From: Acanthaster planci
Taxonomy: Eukaryota
Assembly (NCBI RefSeq): GCF_001949145.1
Contig: NW_019091356.1
Location: forward strand, 460,938-524,937
Length of the DNA: 64,000 nucleotides
Reading direction: 5' to 3'
Below the pieces are notes generated by a model that saw only the letters and a program-made list of their open reading frames with translations, was not told the origin of the DNA and made no database searches. The position numbers and the translations under genes were made by a program. How positions within the stretch are numbered: the stretch's first letter is position 1; every line of letters starts with the position of its first letter. Positions 40,501-55,200 of this stretch are shown here, one piece after another.

Positions 40501-43130
40501 CATTTACTCCATATTTAGAAAAAGGACATGTACTGGAGTGTACATGAATGGTTATGTTTCTTTCTTTACAAAAATACAGTAATTTACTGAGGCCAGCAGA
40601 CAAGCCAAGGAAGTATAATTTCGGAGACATACTTCCTGACACATACTGTACACGTGCTCTTCTCATTTCAGTTTTGTGGTCAATACCCTCATGCCATCCA
40701 TTCTCCCATAATGCTTCACTGCCATTTGTGTAATTGTTTTTAATTTAGTTAACACTCAAATTAAAATTGATTTTTTTCCCCTAGGAATCAATTTCCAACC
40801 TCAGTTGAGAGCACAATGCCCTTGTCTCGGTCACAGTGCTGTTGAGCATAAATATACAGTGACATACAGTGACATCTTTAGACACATTAGTTAACCATTT
40901 GCTGCCACACAAAGAAATTTCTCATCTTGCATGACTGGTCTGTGCCGCCACTTAACAAGGAGAACACTAGCTGTGAGATGTTGTTATATGGTGCTGTGAG
41001 GTCACAATAATTAGACGCCATCCAATCCAATCACTACAGTGACCATCTCACTGTATTGGCTGGGCCAGCTTTTTGAGTCTCCTCTCTGGGTTATTGGCGG
41101 TCTAATATTGCTGAAATATGGTGGCAATTAGAGTTGGGTGCCAGAATGTCTAAGCCGGGTTGTATGGGCTTCCTGCTCCAACACCAGAAATGACCCAATC
41201 ACAGTGCTGCATTTTTTCTCCCTTGATTAGTATTTTTCTCTGTAACTTTTATTGTCCAGCGCATTTTGGTAATCAGCTGGATATGTCTGTAATGTAAGCA
41301 TTGATGATCTTGCCAGAATAGCCATAACTTGGTAACGGTCACTGGATCTTTTAAGTTGACCATTTACAGCCTAATTGTCTGGGTTTTTTATGATCACTGA
41401 ATCATGAAGGATCAGCAGTTAGCTTCTTTTTATTTTATTATAGTGTAATTTAGTTTGTGAAAGCTTTAAAATGTTCAGACTTGTGCTTGTTTTGATTACT
41501 GTAAGTGTTCTCCCAGGTTTGGTTGGATTGATGCGTGCCATGTTCAGCTGTTTTTTGTTTCGTGCAGCTGCACTAACATGTACATGTATGTCGAACTTGA
41601 AATCTTTGTTTCCATTTTCTCAATCACTACTCTTTTAAGTGGCTGTTAAGCAAACATTTGCCAAAACTAAAGTTTAATTACGGTCAAGCCAGGTTGCTTT
41701 GAATGTGACCCACACATTGTAGCTTACAGAACTTATGTTGAATTCCATTAGAGCGCGGTCAGTTTCTATGTCAAAGTTTCATATAAATGTGATTTCAGTT
41801 CCAGCAATCTTTGCAGGTGTCGGAACAATCAGTGGAATGCACCCCCCCCAAAAAAAAATTAATCGAGGAAAACTTACTTTCCCTTTGCTCACCCATCTTT
41901 AGGCTAATCTACCCCCAAATCTGGTACATGCTCCTAAGTGCATCAGATATCACAGCTTCCAAAAACCCTCCTAAAAACCCGAACCGTCTGTATTCCCTTT
42001 GTTCATTGCCGCTCCTTAGCCCCACCACAGGCCCTGGTGATCCTAATCCTCCACTTTTCAACCTGGGGCCAACATGAATTATTCACCACCTTGCTGTGCA
42101 TCCCCAGCAGAGAATGTGAGAAGAGTATTCCAAGTGCGGCACGTTAACAGGGAATGAAACGATGAGGTTAAAAAAGAGGGGGGGGGTAGCTGCAAGTAGG
42201 AACGCATGCCACTGATGAGTCAACTTGCTCTGTGATGATCGGTCAAGATTAGCATCTTGACCCCATCAGCTATAAGGATGCTGGTCAGGTTAAGTCTCAC
42301 ATATCATGTTTGTTTGTTGGCCTGTGTGCCCTGCCTGAGATGGAGAGGTTAATTCTATCCACATAATTCGTCCAAAGATAAGCAAGATCCTTGAAATGCA
42401 CCAAGTGCATTGCCTCTCCTGCATGTAGTTTAGGTTTCTTCTCATTAGATTGTGCAGTTTCACCTGTTCGTTTGTGTCTTCCCTTGACAAAGTCCCTGCT
42501 AAGAACTTGAAAATGCCCCAAAATGCCGCCAACAAGGGCTACAAGTGTTCACATGTCTGCCTGTTTGTGGCTGCCTGTTTGTGGCTGCTAAACATGTTCC
42601 TCTAATGCAAGTCAGTCCAACCCAAATCCAGTCAAATTCAGCAGTCTGAAGAAGTTAAGATTCAGCATACCTAATTAATCCACCAAATCCTACGAATACT
42701 CACGACCACTTTGGAATGCCAAGAGCTCTGCAAGTTAGATGCAGTGACATTTACCGTTGCTGGTAGCACCATGCCCTTTAAAATTCAGATTTTTATTGGC
42801 ACTTGGTTGTTTCAAACATCAGTAAGATCATGCAGTCATTTTTATGCACATTGTTGAGGGACATATTTCTTTTAAGAACAGGGAAAAGGGGCGAATTGAA
42901 ATTTCCTTCCAAGTTTCTGTTTTGCTTTTAAAGGGAAATTGCACTGTGGATCTCTTCAGTGAATGTGGGCCTAAATGTACCTTTGATATACCCACAGCTA
43001 AACTACATGATCATTTAGGGTTAAAACTTCCAATTATTTAATGATTTCACAGCTCTACTTACATGTACAGCAGAGAACTGCAGAAAATCATTGCCTGCTA
43101 TCAATTTTTCTTTCGGGTTGAGATTGCTTC

Positions 43131-43228
43131 AATTTGGAAAGACCCTTTTTGTAAATATAAAACAAAATACCCTCATTTGGAAAAGACCAAGGCTTTCTGT
43201 AAATGTAAAACAAAAGATCGTCATTGGT
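43131..43228. repeat. Imperfect tandem duplication (~50-bp unit x2)
   Basis: ATTTGGAAA(A)GACC...TTT(T/C)TGTAAAT(A/G)TAAAACAAAA..C..TCATT occurs twice in tandem. Confidence 0.7.
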
Positions 43229-46200
43229 CACAGAATAAAATACTATGAAGTACTTGGCAAATATCATTTGGAAATTAATCTCTCGAGCGATTACCGCTCT
43301 CAACAGCCTACCCTAAACGAAGTCCAACAGACATCCTGTTGCTAAACACAAAGTGTCATTTGGATCACCGATGTCAAACACAGACAATGCCAAGACAAAC
43401 ACATTACACAAATAACTACCAGTAACATCCAGTGGACATGATAGGTGAACAAGAATTACAACTATCGCTTTATGACAACAGAACTTTAAAAAACGATCAG
43501 GGACTGGCAGGTTTCAAGTTACAGGTGAATCCAGAACAGTTGATCCCCAGCCACAGAGGACAGACATCTTGCTATTATTTCATCTATTATTCCTAGCCAG
43601 TCGTGACCAGGAATTGGTTTCTTGAGGATCATTCTTTTTCCCCATGATCTGGCCCAGTTCAGTAGATCTGTGAGGCAGTGTTGATTTCACGTCTAATGGG
43701 CTTGAGTGCCTGGTCAAAATGATGCTGACCTGGTCAGAGCATGGGTGATAATGAAAGTGTCGCACAGGGCACACTCTTGGCCAGGTTCCGATGGACGTGA
43801 TTGTAGGGTTCATTGCACATTACCAAAAAGAAATACCATTCAATGGTGAACTGGTGAATAATGCAGGATGGTTCTGATTTGGAAATGAGAGAATTTGAGT
43901 TGGTCAAAAAATTAGGGACAAAAAGGATCCTGTACAAAAAACTGATCACCTGGAGCATCCGGCTATACTCTGTTTTGTTGCCTTCCTCTGTGAAAAAAAA
44001 TGAAGTACATGTACAAGGGAAACTTCATAGCCAACCAAAATGGCCAAATTCAAACACAAAATTTCACGAGTAAATCTTCATGTTCAGTCAACTTCGATTC
44101 TGGAGAATAGAAAGAAATTCTCACTTTCTGTGTGTTGAGCAAGTAGATCTAGCGCCTGATATGTAGACAGATGTTGGGATTCGGATTTATCCTGGATTAC
44201 TGAAAGAAAATTTTAGATGAATTCACAATTTTCCTGTCAGTCAAAAGTATATTTCTCTTGGGACTACTGTAATAAGCAAGATATGGGTGTATTATACACT
44301 GTCCAGTCCACACGAAGCAGCAGGTCACATATGAACATGGAGCCTACAGATGGAACATATAGAAAGTATGTATGGCATACATGTACATGTAACACTTTTG
44401 ATCTCTGTGATTGGTGCAGTCAAATTCATTGTACAGTTACAGATTCAGTCGCGCATTTAAAAAGGGAATATATAAATTTCACTGGATGATCCACTCAGTT
44501 TTGACAATTATCATGTGATATTGAAATGGCTCACCTAATGGACGTCTTTTCACACCCTTCCCAATTTTGTGCAGTTTTATGTGGAGGCGTAAGATGTAAC
44601 TCCAATCTGTGAACACACCTTGAACTCTCCAAGTTCGCACTCAGTACACTCCCCACCCCTTTCTGTTTTGCCCTTTGGGACCTTCTACCTTTTGCAGCAT
44701 GTAAAATCCAAACAATGCCACCAAAAATGTCAAAAAGTGGAAAGTATGCGAAATTGGTTTGGACACTGGTACCCTCCTCCAGGCATTTTGGGGAAGGTTC
44801 CCCTTTTTGAATGGCCATAAGAGTTTCAAGGCAATTCTATTGCCAAAGAGACGCCATTGTGAATGCTAAAAAATGCCAGTATGGATCATGCTGGAAGTCA
44901 GTGAGACTGGTATGGTTGTTATTGTTACTAAGTTTAATGAAGTGTGAGTGTATGGCTTTCTTCTCTGTTGAAGGTCATTTTTTGTACATTTGTGTAGTTT
45001 TGCTTTGCCTTTTTTGTGTGTTCTAGGTGAGAACAAAAATGACTTTTTACCTGCTCGTTGTTTAAAAATCCTGGGACAGCAGGAACTCCTTTTCTATCCC
45101 TTAACAAGCCATGTCAGTGTGGCCTTTTCATTAAACAAGATTTCAAGCACAGCGTACGTGTACATACCTTATGTATGCCTTTACATGTACGCTTGAATTT
45201 GAGAATTGTTTTTTCTAGACTTCACGTCTGAAACTCACCTGAATCCAAATAAGGTTGAACTAACATTCCTTTTATTTCTGTTTACTACTAGACTGGTACC
45301 GGAACATTCCTTCAGTCACAGTACTCTTGGAAGTCTTGTCACATCCTCATCACTTCTGCTACAAACAATCAGACATTCCTCTGGCTTCATTTCCATTTCC
45401 GACTCAGTTTCTGCTCTTTCCAACTCTCCACTTGTACATCTATTTTCCGTTCAATATGATGTCACCATAAACAGACAAATCTTGCAGTGTAATTTTCCCT
45501 GTTGTTTACTCCAGACTGAATTGTACATATAGGCCTACACGTCACTGATTTGATAATGCAGTGGATTTCTACATGTACATGTGCATGACATGTACAGTAC
45601 TGTCTGGTGTATGGTTATGAAACGAAGCATACCTTTTTCATTTTTTTGTTAGAAGGTTCATAATTTCATCAAAATATCTTATGCTCCAGTACTAAAAAAA
45701 CCCCAGAATGCTTCTAAGGGCAACACCAGCACATTGCCATTCCAATACAGAAAAAAATTCCACGTGATGTCATGTGCTTCATAGTATGTTCACACATGCA
45801 CTGGTTAAGGTAACATGTGGCCAACATACATAGGTAGAATGTGCAGTGGGTATATTACACTTTTGTTTCTACCCTATAAGGTAATCTTGGTTGGGGCACA
45901 TACATACATAGACATCAAGGCATTGGAAAACAACTCAGAGTCAGTTCTGTTTTGAACAATAGTACAGAGCCTGTTCGTCTAGATAGTGTGCGCACCCAAG
46001 TTTTTGGTTGGTGAGTTTTTAATCAGAGATTTCTGGTGTTTCAATCAGTCATCTGTAAACTCAGTATGTTTTGCTGATTAAAAGTACCGTCATGCTGACC
46101 GGCTCTTTTTAGCAACATGATTTATGGGCAGCATTGTGTATACACTACAGTGCATATACCTTGATGGTGATGCCAAATGTAGGATTCCGTTGCAGATGGA

Positions 46201-49200
46201 CCACTACCCTCTCTTAAAATGTCTTGAGAATGGGACAAAATATCTATCACGTAAAGTGCCAGAGGCACCTTCTAATTGAATTGGATACTTCTACTGCTCA
46301 TGTGTTGGTTGCCATGACAACCAGCATCTTTTCCATTTCATATTAAAGCTGCATGCATTCCATTGGATGGAAGGGTTTTATCATAGTGCATCAGTCAGTG
46401 TATCTCAGCAAAAATACACTGTACATGAACATTGTATAACATAACGGTACAGGTGTATGTATCCACGAGGAAAAAAGTCATAACTACAGGTGTATACAAT
46501 TACCCAAATCAGATACATGTACATGTATGCACCAAGCTTTCTCTCAACATTGTTTTTCATTTCTTTGTTTTTGCTTTAGTACACTGTTTTGTGCATAAGT
46601 TCTGTATTTATTGGTTGCATATTTATTTCAAACACTGAAAATCTCCAGCAGTGTTATGCTGTTGTCTGAACACTGAGAGTTTCTTCAGCTCAGATACATC
46701 GTAGTGAGTATTTTCTCCATTTCAATGCTATTGACCGCTCTTGTGTGAATGGGGAGATCAGGAGGGAGGGTGAAAGTAGTTAGTGTTAGTGGAAAGAGGA
46801 ATACAGTGTATCTCCAGAGATTCATGTGTGTCTAAAAAAAGGAGGCAATTTCAGCCAGGCAGATTGGCAAGATGATAAAAGGATGTCTTGAGCAAACAAG
46901 GTGAAGAGTGACATTTTACAGGGACTTTGTGTAAACAGCCCAGCCAGGAATGCTGAGTTTAGAAAAACAGGAATTTTGAAGAGCTGCGAATGATTTGATG
47001 GAAGCCATCTCACTGAGTTGTATACCTTGAGAAAAGTGGGACTGAAAATATTGTGTGCTTGTGAAAGATACATGTACCTTTCAGAAATCAAAGGCTCTGG
47101 ATATTGCCAAGTGTCAAGTTATGGTACCGGTATATTTTGTTCTGGAATTTGATTTACTGGTACATACCTCTTGAGAATTGGACTTTGACGTGAAATGAAA
47201 ATTTCAAGAGTGTGGATATTTCAAATATCTACATGTAGAGTAAATAGAAAGTATAATTCAGACACATGTGGCACAAGTACTGTACATTTAGTTTCCATAT
47301 CCCACCTGCATGTGTATGTTTGGTTCTCCAAAAATATGCATCATTGACTAAAGACAACAGTATCGGAGCAAAGCTTTCATGTCTTGTTGATCCACAGGTA
47401 GACATTGGTATATTTATCAACAGAGTTCTTAATGCATTTATTGTAAATTGAGAAATAAAAATGTAATTTTTAGTGGTAGGTCTGTAGTCCTTTAGATTTG
47501 TCGATTGCGTTGAACAAAACTGGAGGAGAAAATACCTGGCAACAGAGAAGAGGCAGAACCAAAATCTCCAGCGACAGTTGAATGCATGGATCTTAGCATT
47601 GCAATGAGCTACATGTACATGTACATGTATTATTGAACCTTGGCAAATATTGAGTCATTTGGACCAGAAAATGTGTACATTACTGGATCCCTCTAATCTC
47701 TGTCTCCATCAAATTTACGGGGTACAGGTTATCTCTGCAAATGTGCTACAAAGTACACTGTACATACATGTACTTTTATATTTGCCCCTGATGCAGTCAT
47801 TACATGTACACGCAGGATATTTCAACACAAGTTATATGAAGACAATTTAACTACAACTAAAATTACACATTGCGCAGAACGGTCATGTACATGTACAAGT
47901 ATGTATAGTGTTTAATATATTTTTATGTACCTGTTGGTGCTGGTAAAATTCATAAAATATAAAAGTGGCAGAGTATGGTACACATAACCTGCTCTTTAAC
48001 GGGAAATGTTCAAATATTACCATGCTTGTTAGGACATCCACCCTCCATCCTCCTGTCCCTGAGCACCGTTCTCAAAATAAGGGGGAAATATGGTGTTGAA
48101 TTCTAAACGAATCACACTGTGAGTCTGCGTCGATGGTAAACTGATTAGATGCATTTAGGGTGGAGGATCCACTACATATTCGCCAAATTGATGTGGGTAA
48201 GGCACTAAACAAGATGGTACACTGTGTCCGTGCTGTTTGTGACAGTGTGCGGAAAAGCGATCCACTCGGGTATATATTTACGTTTGAAAATTGTGGGTAG
48301 CAGGTTGGAATCAATTCTAACTAGTTTATGACAGTTCGATGGCATGATGCGAAAAGTGTAGACTGTAAACTGCATGTAACAGAGGAAGGGATGGATTGTA
48401 CATTGAAATACATAGTCCCTAAGGGTAAACTTAAAGGGATGTTTTGGTTTCATAGCTGAGTGTGCTACATCACATGGATTTATATTGTGTAGTGTACTGG
48501 TACATGGAGAAGGCTTTCTGTTTCTTGGATAAAGTCTTTGATGGTTATTTTTTGGATATTTTTGTTTGTGCTTATTTGTGTTCAATTTGTCAGCATATAC
48601 GGTACATGTATGTTACTGTAGGATTTAGATTCGAGGGGAGGTTGTAATTTTTCTGAGACTCAATCTCAAAACGTCAAGCACTATTTGGAGACATTAACCT
48701 GTAGGGAGAGTGACATTAAGCTTCTCGCTAATAATGAGAGCTAAACAACTTTAATAATATTGCTCCAATCAAAGCATGATATTGATTTCCTTCTATGTCA
48801 ATATCACAAGCATTTCAAAAGATATTCTTTCCCAGAAAAGTGTCAAAAAACGTACAGGCCATTAAAGAAATATTAACACCAGATATGCCTCAATCTGCTT
48901 GAAACAACAAAAGACCAATCTAAGACTTCTGGCGCTTCTTAGCTGCGTTGAAACCCAATTCGTTAGTTGGTTGGATCATTTCTTCAGCATTGATTGGGCT
49001 AGGCAGGTGGATGTGAGGAGATTTCACAGGTTGATACCATGGTTTATGCCACCTCTGGGCAGTAACCCTATCCCAGATCCAACAAGGCAGCCAGTCCATA
49101 GCCTACCCCAAAAAAGCTCAGGACACTTTGAGCCAAGCAAAGACAGCTCAAGGTAATGCAATTGGATCTCAATTCCCACTACTCAGGTCTGACATCCCTG

Positions 49201-52200
49201 TTTATTTTCGCTCCTTCAGGGAGAGCAATTAATGTATCATTTGGATTCCTGTGGTGAACAGTGAGTAAAAAAGAAGACGCTTGTACATGTACATGTAGAT
49301 TTAATCAAGTTGGCTGTTGTGGAAATAAAAAGAGGTTGGTTTAGTGTAAATCAAGACATGCACTAAATGGCCAGGAGGTGTTTCATTAGTAATGGGTCAT
49401 TTCTCTCCACCACTGTAAAAGGCAGAATATATGTACTTACATGTAATTTACATTCAGATATTGCAGCGAGGATGGTGAACTTGGGGCCTGTTGTACATGT
49501 AGCTTCTAATTCTTTGGTGTGATTGTTTGTAAAATTGTTACGTGAGCCCTCTCTTGACTCAAGTTTAAAAGTGGCAGGCAAGAACTCAGCATTTTAAATA
49601 TGTACAATTCAGTATGGCTGCTGATGGAGAACCAGTCAACTTAAAGACATGATTTATTCATTCTTACCATCTTTACCAATGGTGATGTGATTTTCACGAA
49701 TATTTGCAATATCAGTTGTGATCCTGAAATTCCTTTGAAAAGTGGGATATTTGGCACTGGTAGTGCTCATGATTAAAATGAATCATAAGATCTGGTTCAT
49801 TCAGTGTTAGTAGCATTAAATCTTGAATAAGGAAACTCATAAAAGTAGACTACTTACTACATTGTAATTCATTCTAAATGGTGAAAATGATAAAGAAAAA
49901 AAAAACATGTAAATTGTGTTGCTAAATCTGATAGTAATATTTGAAAGGGACATTCCTCATTCAGCAAATATTCAGGTTTCAGGTTTCTGTGCTTGTCTGT
50001 AAAAGCTTTGATTTGAAGATGGCTACCATTGGTAAGCTGACCAATGTACATGTACAGTATACTGCACCTGTAACCATGTCCATGTCACCAGTCAAAAAAT
50101 GGTATCATGTACCGTACTGTATCATGTGATAAATATTGCTGATGTCTGCCTGTTGGAATGGTAAACACGGGTTGGTATTGGTTGAATTACTGTACCTCAA
50201 CCTGTCTTACAAGACTGAATCTTTAAATTGGAACTCCTGTATAAAAAGAAAAGATAAATTGTAAGGTACATGTACAGTGGTGTACTGGACAAATTCACTC
50301 GACAACTCATTTGATAAACTATGTACATGTATGTACATGTAGTCAGAGAAATGGAACTGATGTCTTCTGGTGAATGCTTACATTTCACAGCTCATTTAGT
50401 TCCTTATTGGGTTCATGCAGATACCAAGGAGGCAGTATTTTGGGTCGCAGAGGTTAAGATAATATGAAAGTTAATGAGTATTCCTATACATTGTAGACAG
50501 GAGCGTCTTGCCTCCTGATTGAGATATTGGTCCAAGGAGAGAAGGAAGATGAGACAAGATGCCTTAGGCAACGGTAAACGACCGATTCCCTACTCCAGAA
50601 GGCCTTCAAATGCAGCCCCATGAAATTTGGAATTCATCATTAGAAGGGGCTATGAAAACAAATGACATGATCAGCGTGGAAGTGGGCTAATGTGTAATGC
50701 TTGATTTTTCAGAATGCAGATGAAGGAAAAAGTAGGAATTATTGTTTGCAGATATAGGCTAAATAAAAGTCTGCTGGGGCTCCGCACAAACAAATGAGTG
50801 CAAAATTTGTTTAATTTTTTAGTCAATTTAGCCTTTTTCTTGAAAAGTTTACTAGAAAAATCCCGATTGGATATCCAAGGAAAATTAGGTTGGCATCAGG
50901 TCTGTGGGTTAATGATAAAAAGAGCAAAAAGGTGGTCAAAAAGGCTTCAATGGGGGAGAATTTAAGGAAATTATTGTTTTATTCCAAGAAATCTTCAAGG
51001 CAGGGTTGTGATGAGAGTTTTTAGGGGAAAGAGTTTAAGGTGCTTCTTGTCCTATGGTTTGATCCACTTGTGTGCCTCCATAAATTTCGAAGATGAGTTG
51101 ACTAGAAGGTGAACCGTTTCAATCCCTTGACCTTGTCAATTATTGAAATATTCATTAGTATTGCTACCTACTCACTGAAGCTGCATAGTTTGTAATTGCT
51201 TGATATTTGTAAAAAGGTGGCTGTGGACATAGTAAATCGTGCAGCAGTGCTTACTCCCTTGCCATGATTGAGCTCATGTTTATCCAAGCTCACATTCCAT
51301 GCAGTCTATATGGAAGGGGTAGTGTGCTACATTGTTGTAACACCTTGTTAATTGAGTAAAATGCCATCTCTGTGATATTTACATTTAATCTTTCTTTCCA
51401 TAACGACTAATCAACTGAAAAAAATAGGCTGAGACATTTTGGAGCCAGCAGCCATTTGTTATTTGAATAATAATGACCTCCTTGATTGGAATGTTCACCA
51501 GCTTGTACTGATCCGTTTAATCAGTCCAAACACAGGAAGAATTTTTTCATTTTGTTTTGTTGTTTTTTTTATTCAGATTGGAATCATCTCAGACTTGAGT
51601 GAATTCCTTATTGATTGACTTGAATCATTTTTTATCAGACAGTCTTGTTGATACAAACTTTAGAGTCATCATTTTCTATAAATTGAGTTCAGTAGTTAAG
51701 TCCAGATGTGAGGTTATGCCCTGAAACATAATGCAGTTTTCAACCAGCAAGTTAAAAAAACCTGCAAATGTATGTATATAATTCCCTTAATGTGAAAATT
51801 ACTTCACTTGGGATTCCGCCAAAAACAATGTCAGTCCAATTTGTATGCAGCTACGGGTATCATTCAAAGTACTTTATAGTTATTTTGTTATGATGATGTT
51901 AAGATGATGATGAGATCCTTTTTTGGCCATAGCAAGACGTTAAGACTGAAGAAAGTATGACAGGACCACCTAGTCAGCTTCTCCTTGGGATCTGGACAGA
52001 AGCTGCTCATAGTCAGAGAAGATGGAGACATGAAAAAATGAATGTGTAAAGTGACCTTGAGTACAGTACACAGGTACATGTAAGTTGCTACTGTGGCACT
52101 ATCTGGCAAGGCACGCCAACCAATCAATTGGCCTAGATGGTAAACCATGCACGTACATGTACAACTAGATCGTCAACAAATTAGACCAAGTACACAAACT

Positions 52201-55200
52201 AGTGAACAAGTGCTCCTGTGGAAACGGAATGGACTCCTTTTCCTCTTTCGAAGTTCAATTTGTATCTGTGCTCTCTTAATTCCCCTCCTTCCCCGAGACA
52301 CTTTTTTTTTACATGAGAGTATGTGTATGGTTGACCTGATTGACGCACGGAGTATTTACCCAATGCTAGACATGGCGATAAGGGTGAGATATTGGCTTCA
52401 CTAAGGCCTGCGATAAATTGCTACATTGCATGCACCACTCAACATTGTCCAACAAACTGATTGGAAAGGTGATAAAGAAACAACACAGAAGATCTCAGAC
52501 TGTTCAGCCAGGCTGTCTGGTCTGGCCCAGTGGCACGGGGTTGAATTGGCCACTTTAAATTTCTGTGTGTATGGAGCAAACAAACATCCAAGTAGAATGT
52601 TGTTTTTATACCCAATACCAGATTGTGTACTTTGTTGGCCCATTCATTTGGTCCATGGATGGTCGATGGTCAATCACTGCTGACTCTTACCCCTGGATGA
52701 GTTAGGGTCAATTTCACGATTGAATGGGAATACCGTTCATGTTAATATGGCTTTGTCTGTACCACTTGGCTGTGACATCTTACACATGCCTATACTACAC
52801 TGTACTGGTAGCCACAGCCAGCTAGCAGTTGCTTCCAAAGACCATGGATGAAGGCATGGACACACATGTTGATTCAAGCCATAGCCAGGTTATTTAGACC
52901 CAGCCTATTGCACCATAGTTAATCTCTGGTACTGTCATACATGTAGGTTACAGTTGTTAAGACTTATCTTGCCTACAGGGATGTGAGATCAGAGAAGTTA
53001 CTGACCCCAGAATGAGATATTTCAAGTTATGGAGTCACATATTTCCTACGCACAGAATTTCAGATAAGCCTAGAATTTAAACTTTTGACAGGGATTTTTT
53101 ATTGTGAATGTGATGTATTAGTGTTTTGGTAGAAGGAATTTCCACATACATGTACATTTACACTGTAGGAAATAATAATGCTCTGATTGTTTGAAGTTGA
53201 GCCTGTGCATGTTTGTGTTGCTTACACAATTACAACGTTCTCAAGTCAGTTGTCTTTTTAAGTACAGTACATGTACCTCAACTGATTTCTGTGTGTTAGC
53301 GTCTAATTTTTATGTCGTAAAAGTTTGATATAATATGCCTCATCAGCATACAATGTTCACGTGAAACCGAAAATCTTGAACCTACATTTCATGGCACGTA
53401 CATGTCAGCTCTACAAATTGCCTTATAGTAATGCACAGATAACCTTAATGTTCACCTGTGTATTTTGTACATGCTCATTGGTTGCACATGCAACAAGTTC
53501 TTGAACTTAAGGTCTCAGCTTGAACTGAACATGCCCCCACCTTATTGTTTTGTTCTGTTTGTTGAGATTTAAAGATCTTCAAGCAAGGTCACATTGGAAA
53601 GTGTTCTACCGTAGATTCGATGCAGAAGGAAAGGAAACTCTAAATTTATTACCTGACATTCAAGTTGTACATGCAAGAAGGATACGTACATGTACAGGTA
53701 GATGGTACATGTACCAGTACACATATTGACCTGGTACCTGTAGGCTCACAAGCTAAAAATTGCACAGAAATACACAACAGAAACAAAAGCAAAAAATATA
53801 TAGAAAATCTAAGCTTTAGAATTTAAGGGAGGTAAATACACTGTACATGCATACAATCGGGGAAAGCAAGTGAGAAGCGAGTTCTAAGACATTTCTCTCA
53901 TAATGCTCAAACTCGCCATCCTTATGACAAATTTGACAACTGGACAAGGATGAAAGCATTTGATATTCAAGGCCACTTTGGCACCTTCAATTTTCTCTCA
54001 AGCCAGCAGGTTAAAGGTTCATTAACAAATTCATTCTGAAACTTGAAATGTAATCCACCTGTTCAGTTGGTATAAGTACCGGTATAACTGCCTGGTAACC
54101 AGTCCAGATGCAAAGATGTGAGGAAATGCAGTGTGATCCATGTTGGACTCAGGGCTCTAGACTTCAGTATTGACATAGCCTTCATTGGTATTCTGGTGGA
54201 GAGGAGGCCTTCTTGTATGGAATTTCACACTTGCATTAGGGTCACTGAATACATATGAATGCATCTTGGGTTTGATGAGAAGGAATTGGCTTTCCTGGGG
54301 TAAGTATCAGTTTCAGTAGCTGTGGGGGCCTCCTGGACCCCCTACTATGTCAGCCTTGTTCTGCTGGCAGGTGAAGGAGAGTGTGGTGTGAACTATTTCT
54401 GCAGGGGTCATCTTGATACCGGTAATTACTTGAAGTGCCTCCTTTGCCTCCTTTGGAGCGCTAGGAGGGTGGGTTACTCAGCATGTGCGCCCTTGGCTAT
54501 CCTGAGTGAAGGTATTCATCAGTCTCTGGTGTCTTGTGGTGAAGAAAGCTCAGACTCACAAAAATATGTACATATTTGCCACGCAGCAACCTCTTGACAT
54601 GTTTGATTATAAACATACATGTAGAAGGCCTGTCATGGCACCTAGAGTGCATCTGTACCGTGTCTCTGTACAAGGTCAAGAGGTCATGGCATTGGTCTTG
54701 AGCTTGTTTATACTGCTAATATGATTTGGCACAAGAATGTCTTCAATTGAATGCGTAAGGCTTCTCACAAGTAATTCTATAAAAACACAAAAGCTGCAGA
54801 TACAGGGGTGAACACCAGTGTGTTTTATCTATTCAACAACACTAGCATATATTCCAGATACCAATAAATGCAGTTGGTCGGCCTGTCATCCTGACTGTGT
54901 GTGTACATGTATGTAGCTCCCTGTGTGCCTTTATACAGAAAGTCAAGTCATTTCTGGTAAACAGATTTACAGTTAAGCCAGCCCTTGCTTGTCCTAGGGT
55001 CCTGGCTTTTGAGGATTAAATCAGTGATGAAAACAGCTCCGCATTGAAGTGGTTTTCAGTGCTACCGACTTCAGAAGTACGTGTACTTATGCAGCACATT
55101 TGCCAGGATTTTGTCAAGCCATATAAAGTTACTATTAGCAGTCGCTGTCTACAGCAGGGTATTTACAGATGTACAGTACAAGCAAACCTACATGTAAATC

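Noticed and set aside
48072..48314. LINE ORF2 C-terminal remnant on the minus strand (ILFSALPTSI...TLNA)
   Set aside because: Only a vague resemblance, with no RT motifs or tail. It needs a profile search to support it.
49750..49800. miR-96/182/183-like sequence TTTGGCACTGGTAG
   Set aside because: The 5' part resembles the family, but the flanks do not form a full precursor hairpin pairing with it.
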